Of a stretch of 64,000 bases of DNA, positions 25,351-37,752 are shown one piece after another. This DNA comes from Lama guanicoe (lineage: Eukaryota), in NCBI GenBank assembly GCA_013239625.1, contig MU054323.1:18618819-18682818 (forward strand), in the 5' to 3' direction. Position numbers and translations under genes: made by a program. How positions within the stretch are numbered: the first letter of the stretch is position 1; every line of letters starts with the position of its first letter. Under the pieces are notes generated by a model. That model did no database searches and was not told where the DNA came from. It saw only the letters and a program-made list of their open reading frames with translations.

Positions 25351-25506
25351 TTTTTGGGTTTTTTTTATTTTTCATTGATGTGTAGTTGATTTACAATGTT
25401 AGTTTCAGGTGAATAGCAAAGACATTCAGTTATACGTACACACACATATATATATATATATATTTTCAGATTCTTTTCCATTAGAGCTTATTACAAGAAA
25501 TTGAAT
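25351..25506 (-). mobile_element. 5'-truncated L1 3' end
   Basis: attgatgtgtagttgatttacaatgttagtttcaggtg...(TA)n...ttttcagattcttttccattag. Confidence 0.9.
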
Positions 25507-28500
25507 GTTGACATATGTTCTATTGAGTTACAGTAGACAGAGCTGGAAGAAATGAATCAAAATAAAGGGTAAGCAATTTTAAGGTACTTTGATGAGAATT
25601 GTTGGACAATGGAGTGGAGAGAAAACATTGGAATGAATGCCTAACCATTCTCTCTCAACAGCCTAGCTGGATCTCAGGGAGTAATTTTGGGGGGAGAAGG
25701 TGACTTAAAGGCACTGATGAATGAGCAGGTGTCCTGTCAAGCTAGTTGGAACCAGACTGAGTAAGGCCAGTAAGGCTGGTACTAACTTGGGGGAACTGAG
25801 TGGTGATGATGAGGCTGAAAAGACAGGGAAACATTTCTCAAAACACACTGGGCCATTGACTCCAAATAAAAATCAAGAGCCTTTGCAAAAAATTGCATGT
25901 TACTAAACATTTCTTAGGAACTAACCATGTCTGGAGCCTCATTACAACCATCTAAGTCCATAAATTACTGTTTATGTTGTCTAAGCTATTCTATTAACAC
26001 AGGAAAAAGGCACAGGTGAATGTTTAGCAAAATGGACAGACATTACATGAAGATGTGTATTTTTCCAAATGAGAGCTTGTCTGACTTAAGATAGTTTAGA
26101 ACTATCTACAGGGTACTTTAATGAGACTGCTTTCTGAATTAATCAAGTTCAATCAATCACTCTGCTTTTCTTCAGTCTTTTCAGCCTGCATGTAAAATTT
26201 TAAGGACAGTAGAGGGAGAGAATCTCTGGACCAAAAACTCAACAGATTTCTTATCCACAAATACAGGAAAACAGAAACTACAGCTCTTTGATAACAGCGT
26301 TAGTCACTGTGATTTGTTTTTGACTTGTTAACAGAGTCAAATATCACTGGGAAGTGTAATAAGCTGTTTCAAAGCATCCCCCTGCTTGTGCATTTACCTC
26401 AGGGATATAAAGAGGCAAATCTTAAAGCCATGTATTCTGATCGAGAGACAGCTGGAAATGGCAGCGACCTAATACGAAGTAATCAAGAACTGAAGGGTTA
26501 TTTTGAATGAGAGGTGTTGTCCAGCTGTGAGACTGAGTGATGGCAGCTGAGAATAAGTGCAAACATAGTCAGCAGTGACTCCAGGTATGAAGGTATCATG
26601 AATCCATCTTGTTCTCCGTCTTTTTCTGCTGCCACATTCACACTGCATCCGTAGGTTGCAGTGTTGTCTGCAGAGGAGGAAGAAAGTTCTTCAGTTTATT
26701 CTTATTCTTAATGACAGCTTCTGAACTGTCATGATTTGAAATTATAATGGTACAGATGGCTCTTTCAGATAAAAGAAACAATATATTCCAGAGCCAAATT
26801 GTATATTGGACAGGTGTGAATGCTTCATCATTAAATCATTTAATATGCTTTGCCTCTGCAGTCTGCCTTCAATGTTTATATTAATTTTTCTCCCTTTTCT
26901 GCCGTTGTGCAGCTTTGAACAAAATCATTCTATTCTTCCTTGTCTCTACCAATGTTATTATTTTACTGGTATAGACCATAGGAACTGCTGAATAAATATT
27001 TATTGTTGAACAGCCTAAAATTACAACATTTATATTTGGATACCCCTTGAAGAGTTGGCAGAGCACTTTAGCATACCTTATTTAATTGAACTTCACTGCA
27101 ACACAATATATTGTCCAAAATATGTGGTTTTTTAAGCCTCATTATTTTACAGTCGTACTTCAGATATCACACATATCACAGACACAGAAAGACAGATGGA
27201 CACTTACCTACGTAAGCAGTTTTCCCCAAACTTATACTTTGTGCTTTGTTTTAGGATTTCCATATCAATATAATAAAAAAAAAAACACCCTCCTCCTATT
27301 CATGTTACAAAAAAGACCGTTTGATGATTCAGAAATCTTTCCTTTCGTTTTTTTTTTTCCCTATAATTATGTAAAGCACTGATTGGGCCAGTTACCACAT
27401 GGAATACGAATATGAATAAGATGAAATTCTTGACTTTGATGAGATTTAAAGTCATTGGCTTTCTTCACCCAGTTCTTCCCAACCAGCACTCTCACTAGAC
27501 AATTTCAGTTGGGAAAAAAAAAAGGCAATTATTTTAGAACCTGGGGAGGCAAGCTGGAGTCTGGGCAGACTACACTTGTTGGGGAATTGTTCTGATTATG
27601 CTGAAATGTACAACACTCTTTTTCATCTAGTTGCCTTTAGAATGCAAAAGGCAGAGGCAAATGATTCAGAGCACAATCAGGGGGTCCAGAGAATTGAAAC
27701 CCTTCTCTTAACAACAATGCCAAGTTCTTTTATTTGTTCATGAAACACTTGAAAAATGAGAAAGAACAATAGGCCTTCAGGAGAGAACAGAGAGCATTGA
27801 CTCCCAATGCTTTCGTTAACCCAAAGAGGATGTTACAATGCTTAGAAATGTTAAATCTCTCCCCCCCCCAAAAAAAATCAATGAATGACACATCTGGTTG
27901 CAGCTTATTCGACCTTGGTTTAAAAATCATTTGCAATCTTAAAGAATGGTTCTGAAGGATAAAAAAAAAGTATTTGAGTTTCACCTGCTGAGTGTTAATG
28001 CATTTGAAATATTGAAGGGGAAGCTGTCACAGGGAAAGGGAACATCTGTACCACCAGCTACACTCTCTCAAACAAAACTCATAATGTAGTCGTACGAAAG
28101 TATGATCTGTGGAACACTTATCGTGTTAAAATGCATGTGTGATCCTGTAGGCTTGAGACGTGTCAGGTCTGACCATGAGATAAAATACCACTAGCTGGTA
28201 TTCATACCTCATTTTCCCACGGAGGACCCTAGAGCAAGCTCTGGGTACAACTCAATCTTCTTGTGTTGTTTGAAATTTCAGCCAGTATGCTCTAACACAT
28301 CCAGCACCCTGTAAAGTGATCAGGACTCACTGTGGATGAAGCTTTTAGGGATTTCGTTTCTTGTTGCCAGCCTGGAGAACGCGAGGGTAAGGAACCCTGC
28401 ACCTAGGAAACCCGTGACCCTGGGCCACATCTCCATGGAGTTTTGCTACATGTAGGTAGGACATCATTCAATTCCCTGGCCCCAACATCGCTATACTCCA

Positions 28501-29379
28501 TTTAGTGCTCTGCCAAGGAACAGATTAAAAGGCACAACTTTTAACTCCTTTGAAAGTTCCGGCGTCTTTACTCAGAAATGGTAGAGGATTTATTCCAAAA
28601 TGAAAAGCTGGTGCAAGGGGCTACTTACGACTTTCTAGTATTACAGCAACATTTTATAAAAACTTGCTCTGTTTAAAACAGTTATATTTCACATCAAGAT
28701 TGTTATTTTAGGGTTGAGATGCCATGTTAAGAGAACCATTGGGTCCTTATGATATGAGGATTTATGCAAGATAAAGCACTTCGTTGCCATGGGGATCAGT
28801 AAATAGTCTTGATCTGGGATACTCGTTCCCACTGCCAAGGCATGGGTGGGAGAAGGTGGTTCCCACAGATTGTTTTCTCTAGACTAAAAATACAGTATGA
28901 TTTCTATTAAAGGGCAATTAAAAAAAATTCTCAGTGGTTTAGCCTCAAGGAAACATACCCTATCATTTTCAGAGGAATTAAGCAGTGAGCTCACAACCCA
29001 ATATTTTGAGATTGTATTTATATGCAATATTAATTATCCTCATGCTATGGCATGTCAAAGGTGGTATGGCAACTGCAGCTTTTTTTAGTGCTGTTTCACA
29101 TGGTCTTAAAAAAGAAACAGTTTATGGAGATACATGCATTACAGACATAAATTACTTCTTTTTAAGGGTGACAGTATAAACTTGGCGCATTGACGTTAAC
29201 TTTAAAGTTGTTTTGGTTTGCGAAACATTGCTCCAAATGGTTGTGGTGAATATGAATTCTATTAATACTGCTTTTAATGCCTCTAGTCAAGAAAGCCAAG
29301 GCACTATCATCTTTTTCCTGTAGTTTATTGTTAAACAATATGTCAACATAAATTTAATTAACCTGCATGTACAGAGGAG

Positions 29380-29600
29380 GCTATGGAATTTGCCAAGTGA
29401 TTTTACCACCAATAATTTTGCCTGATGCATTTTACAATCTGGTGAAATAGGCAGGGCTGGTAATTAGTTACCAGTCTCCTTTTGTATGATGAGGTTGAGG
29501 ATTAAAAAGATTAAAATGCCTGCCTAAAGCTACGTAGAAAATAAGTGTAAGATTGAGCACCAGATTCCAAAATGAAAACTGCTCTCCCTACTCTCCTGTG
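29380..29600 (-). mobile_element. MIR fragment
   Basis: ttacaatctggtgaaataggcagggctgg...gatgaggttgagg...gcctgcctaaagctac. Confidence 0.55.
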
Positions 29601-31719
29601 GTATTAAGAAAGCACGTTTCATTGCTCGCAATCACTCCTGTAAGCTCTATCATTACATCACCGAGACTTAGGGGTTTAACTCTGTGACAATTAGCACTAA
29701 AGTATCATCCAAATACTGAAAGTTTGGTTGAACTAAATAGCAGTTAAATATAATTTTTCCATTGGCTGGGCTGGATATTATCCATGGTCCTATACATTAG
29801 GGAATTTATCTTAAGAAAATTTGACGCACATTGAAAGGAACTAATTTTCAGTTTCATTATAAACTCCACCTAAATCAAGTTTTAATTTTCCACTTAGAAG
29901 GTGAGTTTCCTTTTTCTTCTTCTTCTTCTTTTATTTTTTAATTTTTTAAAAAATTTTGCCCCAATGACCTCCTGTGGCTTGTCAGCCTTAGAAAGTTTAC
30001 CATCGTCCAACTTCACCTATTTTTTGGCAGTACTTGGATGGATGTCAAGAGAATACAGCCAGGTTTAAAAAATTATTATTATTATTCCTCATGCTGTCTT
30101 CCTTTAAGGCATGGTCTTTATATAGAGTATTTGTTGGGCTGTTTCCAGTTTTAAATGAGTGTAATTCATTAGGGGATCAACACTAACTAAAGAACTAAAG
30201 CATATGCTTGTTGATTGACTCTGCGTGGGGAGTTCTAGAGAACGTGCTTTCCTACTCTGCGACATCACTCTTTTCCAGCAGGCTTATTCTTTCCTGAACA
30301 TCATTTATAAAAGCTGTTACTCGACTTGATAAGGAATTCATTCTTCTCTTCTGCCCCTCAGGAGAGATATCTGCTTGTTCCTGCTACCTAGGTCCCCGGA
30401 GTTAAATGTTCCATGTTGCTATCAGCTTCCTCATCATCTTACCCTTCATTCCTACGAGCCACTCCCATGACCTTCCGTAATTTTTACTTTCTCCTTAAAT
30501 TATTATGTTGGCTTTCTCATGTTTGCCACCAGAGAATCCTGCTTGCAACAGAAGAGTGAAAAGAAAGTGTTTTAATGAGTGCTGTTCCCACATTTGAGCA
30601 ATGCTGTAAAATAACCAAAGATTTTTTGTCATTGCGCATTATTTATTATAGCCATATTATAGTTTTACAAAGTTACTACCATTCATTTGCTGAGATGTTG
30701 TACATTTTGCCTGAGTCACACTGTTTTTCAGACCCCATTTAGGGGGAGGGGGTCCAAATGAAATGTATTTGTTTACCAGCGCTCCCTACGATCTTTATAT
30801 TTGGAGCAGTGGATCCCAAACTATATCAGACTCAGCTTGATTTGAGATGCACCAGTTTAGAGAGCGTATCACTTAACCAGGCTCATTTAGGAGACAGAGA
30901 AGCTGAAGTTCTGGTTGCCTGGGTAATTCTCTAGGTCAAGGACAAAAGTCATCTAGCCTTTTCTCCAGTCTAGGAACCTGTTTGCTCTGTTGATTGAACT
31001 ACTCTGATCAGATTTATAATGTCTCTTGTCTGCAGTGAGGCAGGTATGAAATCCATTCTGAGGCTGGGGGTGAGTTGTTTTTCCCGCCTGCTCACCACTT
31101 ACTAATCTGTCATGGCATGAAGATGCTACTTGGCAAAAAAAACCATGTTCTTGGTGAGTGCATTTGTTCCCAACAGAGCATTAGTATTTTCCTCTCAAAG
31201 ATCAGCATCACGTGACTGTGAAGCAGCGTCTTTCATACTCTTGAAACCATGAGGGTTAAGAAACTATGGGAAAGTGTGAAAACGGGTGGCTCCCACTCCC
31301 ACTGCCCCTAGCAGTTAAAGCTCAGCTGACCTCCCATCTCTCCCAGTGCTGTATATTTACAGTAATCCCAGTTCCTGGGAAGCCTTTGTTCAGTTCAGGG
31401 TCAGAAAATGAACACAAGCATCATGAGATCCCCAATTTATCCCTTCTCCTTCTTAACATGTTAAAGAGGAATGCTGACAACTCACGAGAAAATAATGAAG
31501 TTGAAAACTTCTCATTTTCTCCGATCCAGTCCGCTTCTCCTCCTGTGTTCCTGTGTCAGGAATGATCACAACGATTTACATGATGTCCTGGGTTTGGAAG
31601 CAAGCTCTCCAAACTGGTTTTGGTTTCTGTGCCTCCTATCTGGAGTTCCTCCTATCTTCCCTCCATATTGTCTCCAATATGATCTTTACTAAGCTTTCAT
31701 CTGATTTTATCACTGCTGA

Positions 31720-32190
31720 TATAAACCTTTCATGGGTTTCCCAGAGTTTTGTGGTTACTCTCAAATTCCCCAGCTCGCTATACAACTTCTTGCCTGATTT
31801 GGCACCTGCCTGTTTCTTGTAGTTCATCTTCCAACCCTATCTCATAAACACCTTCCGCTCTGGTTGTGTTAAACTATTTGCCTCTTTTCTCAAAGATTCC
31901 ACAGGTGTCATTCTCTCTACTTAAAACCTTCTTGATATTTTTTTCTCTACCCATTTAGATTTTCATTCTTCAAGGCCAAGTTTTTAAAAAGGAACCCTTC
32001 TGATCTCGTAATGATAAAGGTGTTTTTCCCTCTGTGTCTCCAAAGCATCTTCAGAAGCTATTTTAGCACTTGTCACTCAAGATGACATTGTTGGTATGGC
32101 TCTGTGTCCTTCCACTAGATGGGCAACCCTAGGAAGGGGAAGAACGTGTCACTTTATCTTCAGATGCCCAGGCACCTAGTCGTGTGCATG
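31720..32190 (+). mobile_element. L2 fragment
   Basis: cctgatttggcacctgcctgtttc...tgtccttccactagatgggcaaccctagg...cagatgcccaggcacctag. Confidence 0.65.
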
Positions 32191-32486
32191 GAAAATAGCA
32201 ATCAAATTTGCTTTCAGAGTTAAAGAAGAAATTAAATAAGTCAATAAAACAAGTAGGTAGATGACATAAAGAAACATCTGAAGTCTGCCAAGAAGGCCAA
32301 CTTGCAAAGCACCCTTTCCCACAAGCAATTTCTTATCGCTAAGTATGTCCTTTTGCAATCTTACCTTCAATCTTTCCATCTTGCTGAAACCACACTTTTC
32401 AGACCCAGCCTGCTCACTCTCCCCACCTCCCTAGGTGAGGCTCATTTCCCTCTTTAATAAACATCTGTTGGGTATCATGTACTCTT

Positions 32487-33020
32487 TTTTTTTCTTTTTT
32501 TGGATCTGCTGTTTTATTGGGCCTGAGTGGAAGCACACTCAGTTTTTTTTTTTAATTGAAGTATAGTCTGTTTACAATGTTGTGTCAGTTTCTGGTGTAC
32601 AGCCATGTCTCAGTCATACATATACATACATATGTTCATTTTCATATTCTTTTTCATTATAGGTTACTACCAGATATTGAATATGGTTCTCTGTGCTATA
32701 TAGTAGAAACTTGTTGTTTATCTATTTTATATATAGTAGTTAGCATCTCCAAAGTTAGTGTCTGCAAATATTGAACTCCCAATTTATCCCTTCCCACTCC
32801 CTTCCCCTCCTGGTAACCGTAAGTTTGTTTTCTATGTCTGTGAGTCTGTTTCTGTTTTGTAAATAAGTTCGTTTGTCTTTTTTTTTTTTTTTTTTTTAGA
32901 TTCCACATACAAGTGATATCATATGGTATTTTTCTTTCTCTTTCTGGTTTACTTCACTTAAGAATGACAGTCTCCAGGTTTGTTCATGTTGCTGCAAACA
33001 GCATTATTTTATTATTTTTA
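32487..33020 (-). mobile_element. 5'-truncated L1 with 3' transduction
   Basis: L1 ORF2 end + 3'UTR at 32543-33020; extra 41 bp (32502-32542) with AATAAA and a second poly-A; TSD 32471-32486 / 33021-33036. Confidence 0.92.
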
Positions 33021-33542
33021 GGTACTGTGTACTCTTAACTAACCTATCTTATTTCCCTGAACCAATTAGCTCACAATTTCCGTCTCTTCTGATTTGCTTT
33101 TCCCAATTAATTAGAAAAGGAAGTAAATTCCCATTAGTATTCCTCTATCTAAATATGGAACTTATCAACCACTTCCTTAGTATGAACTATGGGCAGCTCC
33201 ATTGCTTCATTTGGCTACAGCGTGTAGAGGAGAAAATGAGAGCTGCAGGTGCAGAGACCCAAGTGTGAAACCAGTCTTCCCACTTTCTTTCGTCATGTAG
33301 GCAGGGTGTGTTACCTCCTCTGAAAGCCTCAGGCTCTTTTCCAGAAGGTTGTGGATTACAGTGTCTTTTATAAGCAGTTTTGATAGTAGGAAAAGATGAG
33401 GTTTGCAAAGCCTCTAATCCCTGCCTAACACATAGTAGATTCTCTGTTGATCAGCAGTAATTATTGATGTTAATATGAAGACTCTTTCCACTGATATTTG
33501 ATGTACTGAATTTTATTTGGTTTCACACTCCTAGGCCATAGT

Positions 33543-33702
33543 CTTTTTCAAATTGAAGTATAGTTGATTTACAATATTATGTTAGTTTCTGGTGTACAGC
33601 ATAGTGATTCAGTTATACATATATATTCTTTTTCATATTCTTTATCATTATTGCAAGCTATTGAATATAGGTCCCTGTACTAAACCATAGGACCTTGTTG
33701 TT
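33543..33702 (-). mobile_element. 5'-truncated L1 3' end
   Basis: attgaagtatagttgatttacaatattatgttagtttctggtgtacagcatagtgattcag. Confidence 0.9.
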
Positions 33703-34139
33703 GGTCATAAAAAATAAATCAATATTTTTAATATTGAAATAAATATTCAAATCAATCAAATTAAATAGAGTATGTGAGATGAGAATCTCTGAGTTCTAAA
33801 TAGTATAGAGATATTTTCTTGCAGTTACAATAACATTATGTAAAATGATGTGAATATTGAGGTCTCTTGATTTCTTAATTGGAAAGGTTTTTGTTACTGA
33901 CCTTCCAATATAGATGTGGACGTAAATGTGAAAGACAGCAGAAGCTCCAGGCCTGAGGGTTTGCCTGTATTGTCCTCCACTTGGCCTATTTACTTCATCC
34001 TTTCTTGCCACGATTTCCATGGCTCTGTGATCTCCTAATTTAGTACTCACTGTTCTGACTTTTGCTCATATCTGGCCCTCATCATTAGTAAGAGGGCTTT
34101 ATTGAACTCACTTCTCTGGGCTTACTAAATTCAATCTCT

Positions 34140-34378
34140 CATACACACTCCCACATATAAAATAGATAAACAGCAAGGACCCACTGTATAGCACAGGGAA
34201 CTATATTCAATGTCTTGTAATAACATATGAGGGAAAAGAATCTGAAAAGAAAAAATATATATGTATGTGTATGTATAACTGAATTGCCGCTGTGTGGTAC
34301 ACCTGAAACTAACATTGTAAATCAAGTATACGTTAATCAAAAATCAAATTAAAAGAAAGAAAATGAGAAAAAAAGAAA
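34140..34378 (+). mobile_element. 5'-truncated L1 3' end
   Basis: atataaaatagataaacagcaaggacccactgtatagcacagggaactatattcaa...acctgaaactaacattgtaaatcaa + A tail. Confidence 0.9.
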
Positions 34379-34514
34379 ATTAATTTTTCGTAGCTGATGG
34401 CTGACCTTTTACTTTATTGATATGTATCGTGTTGATTAAAGTTTCAAGTAAAGTCCTTTAAAGAAATAAATTCATTCTTCCATGTTTATCTTAAAGAGTT
34501 ATGTAGAACTTTTT

Positions 34515-35015
34515 TTCCCATGCTGATTCTTTTCCAGTTTCCCCCTTGGATCCATTCTTCCCTCTTCTGTATCCTGCTCAGTAGCCTGGGAGATCAACCC
34601 CAAGAACAGACTCACCTGAATTTTCTTGCCCTCTGGCTTTCACCAGGGCTCAGTCAATGAGAAGCACTGGAAAGATACTGAAGGCTGGGAGAAGAGGTGG
34701 ATTGGTTACTGGATTCCTCTTGCCACACCAGCTCACTCCTTGACTGACCACAATCCTGGTGGAGGCTGCCCTTCTTTTGGCCATGACTGCTGTTGGACAG
34801 ACCCACACCCACAGTTCCATCCCCCACTAGGCTTCCCTGACACTGTTTCTTCTCATTACCTTATGTGTAGGCATGGAAGAGCTTTCGTGATATCAGACAT
34901 CCTGAACACTTGTCTCTTCTTTTTGGTCCCTGAACCCTGCCCCAACATATATAAAAATCTCCTTCCTAAAATCCTTTTCAGTTAAATCTTTCCTGCTGGG
35001 ATCTTCCTGATTCCA
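34515..35015 (+). mobile_element. ERVL solo LTR, LTR33-like
   Basis: gatccattcttccctcttctgtatcctgctc...cttgccctctggcttt...agtcaatgagaagcactgg...tttcctgctgggatc. Confidence 0.7.
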
Positions 35016-35579
35016 TTTCAGTATATCCTCAGTGCCAGGAAAAGATATTTGCTTGCTGGGATTTGGCTCTAAGGGCTCACAGTGCCCCAGTGAGGGGATG
35101 AGGTTCCTTGTTAAGTGACGATACTGAAGTCTGTAAGTAGTTAGATTTCTTGCCCAGGATCACATGGCTGGTCAATTCCTAGTCAATTCTTTCAAATATT
35201 TATTGAAACATAGAATTAGGCAGTGGAGATAAAGATAAAGCATAGCCCTTGCCCTTAATAATTTGCATTTTAGTATAAAAGAGAGATGCATAACCCAATA
35301 TTTAAAATACAGCAAGAGTAATGCCCAGTGCTAAGCTAACTGGAGTAGGAAGGCCTGATTTAATCTAGGCTTTGCAGATGGAACCAAAAGATCAGGTGGG
35401 GAAAAAAGATGGTTACTTGAGTAGAGTGCGAAGCATGCCTTCAATCTGTCATCTCTTACCATTTTTCTTGCTGCAGCTCTGGGATCAGAGGCTAGTCCGA
35501 GCCCCATTTGTTTTCTCCTGGGCTGCTGTAATGGCCATCTGTGAAGTAGTACATGAGCTGTACTTTCCTTCATCTAATC

Positions 35580-36185
35580 CATTCCCTAAATTGTGGTCAG
35601 CACAATCTTTCCAAATGCAAATCTGAGACAATTCTCTGCTTAAAAGTATGCAATGACTCTCAGTTCTCCTTAGGATAAAGGAAAGGTATGACTAACAAGC
35701 GCTTACATCGACTGGTTTCTGCCCCATCACTGACTTTATCTCTGACTACTCACCTCTTTTCTCTTTTTGTTTTAACCTATATAACCTTCTTTGAGCTCCT
35801 TTAAAATGTAATTCTCCTCCCACCACAAGACTTTTGCACATACTGTTCCCTATCTTTAAAGGCTCCTCTATAACCCCTGCTGTTTATCTGGTAATTTCTA
35901 TCTAAACTTAAAACATTAGCTAGAAAATCAATTCTTTGAGGAAGGTACTTCAGAAAATTGCCAGACCAGGTGAGGCCCCTATTTTAGGCATTCCTAACAC
36001 CCTATGGTTACTCTTTGCAGCATTCATCCTGACTAATGAAATTAAATGTGTTCATTTTAATATTTTTCACTCCTGGAGAACTAGTATGATTTCCTTTTCT
36101 TCACCACCTACCCCCAGTATTAGATCCAATGCTGTACTGATGGTAAAAACTCTATAAACAATTTTTGAATGAATATGTGAATGGT
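35580..36185 (+). mobile_element. L2 3' region
   Basis: ctttccaaatgcaaatctga...ctgcttaaaag...cttaggataaag...cttttgcacatactgttccctatc...tttttgaatgaat. Confidence 0.75.
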
Positions 36186-36484
36186 TATCAGGAAGACCTG
36201 GACTCTGAGAAAGTATTATGCATTAGGGGAATGTGCATGTAATCTGAAGTGATGAAAAATGTGGTTGGAGGAGACAACTAAAGCCAAATCCTAAAGGGTT
36301 TTAGATGCATAATAAATTTGGACTTACTGTTAAGTGTGATAAGCACTTTTTTAAGCTTGGACTTCAGGTTTGTTGACGGGCTAAAGAATGGATTGGTGGA
36401 GAGAGAAGCTGGAGTCACGCAGGCCAATTAATGGGCAAATGCATCTATCTGGCAGAGGAAAATTAAGAGCATACATCAAAGTTG

Positions 36485-36642
36485 CCCTTCTCAAATTGGC
36501 TCCATATCATGATCACCTGGATAGCTAATAAAGCCCATGGAGGCGCAGGCTCCTTGAAGTGGGATAGCGTGTGGGCCTTTGTATTGTCACCAGTGCAAAT
36601 TTCTCCAGAGGATTCTGATGGCCATACATTTGAGAACCACTG
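36485..36642. mobile_element. MER5-family hAT MITE
   Basis: ttctcaaattggc...atcacctgg...gattctgatggcc...tttgagaaccactg. Confidence 0.65.
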
Positions 36643-37584
36643 ATGTAAAGAGACAGCAGTGGGATGTAGTCTTGATAAAGCTGAATGATTAGAGATTGAG
36701 GGGGTGGACCCAAGTGAGGAATCCATATTCACTTTCAGGTCATTGGCTATGATGACCCAATGACCAGTTCTGCCACTGGCTAAGATGAGAAGAGATTATT
36801 AGCTCTACATCTTTATTATTGGGATGAGAGTCAAGTGTACTGTCCTTGTACTGGTGTCTGTCCTCTGCAAAGTCTATCCCAGTTGGTCAGTGAAAAGTTG
36901 GGGTCAGAATCCCTCCTGACATCACAGAAGAGGTTATTATAGAACTCAGATTTTCTAATTTCCAGTCCATGATAAGGGCTTACAAATCACAAGTGCTATA
37001 TTACATGCATCTTAGAATATACTTAGAATAATTTTCCCTCTAAGTGTATTGTTGCTCCACCGTCAACTTGATTTACCCATGAAAGAAAGCGTTTAACCTC
37101 ACTGTAGTGTTTTTGACTTTGCTGGTTTAAGTATTTGCCCATTTGTTGCCAAATCTTTTGTGATTGATAGAAGTTTAGTATTAGCACCCAAACTCTGGAT
37201 AATAACTTTTGTGAAAGATCAACTGAGAAATTATTTGTACATCATCAGATTTTAAAGAGGTACCACCCACACACTAGCATGGTGTTAATATTTGCCAATC
37301 TTTAATGGTACATTACAAATTTTAAAAAATGTGTTGCAGATTTACTATTAGCTTGAGACATTTTTTATGCCTGGAGAATGGTAGCATTTTGAAATGTGTC
37401 TTTTAATATTAAATATTAGACTGGGCAATATCCAGGAGCAGGAATTGGGAAACGTTGAAAGATGCAATGGTCTGGGTTTTGGGGTTTTTTTTTAATATTC
37501 CTGTATTTAATTTTATACAGGATAATTTACCCTAAATATATTTTAAGTGAAATATTAAAATGTCCCTTCATTTGTCAAAATGAG

Positions 37585-37752
37585 AGACAACCTGGAGTTC
37601 AAGAAAGGACTTGAGTTCAAGTCCAGCCACTGATAACTCTGGGACCTTGGGATAAACACTTAACCCTCTTTGCTTGTCAGTTTCCTCAGTTTTAAAATGA
37701 TAATGATTCGTCTCTAAAAATCCCTTCTGGTTCTACAGTTCTGAGATTCTAG
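37585..37752 (+). mobile_element. MIR (MIR3/MIRc-like)
   Basis: ctggagttcaagaaaggacttgagttcaagtcc...gaccttggg...cagtttcctcagttttaaaatga...ttctgagattcta. Confidence 0.8.

Noticed and set aside
31021..31076. Other isolated splice-like signals (e.g. 10046, 31035-31075, 39938, 50304)
   Set aside because: GT(G/A)AGT hexamers are expected many times by chance in 64 kb; no convincing acceptor-donor pairing
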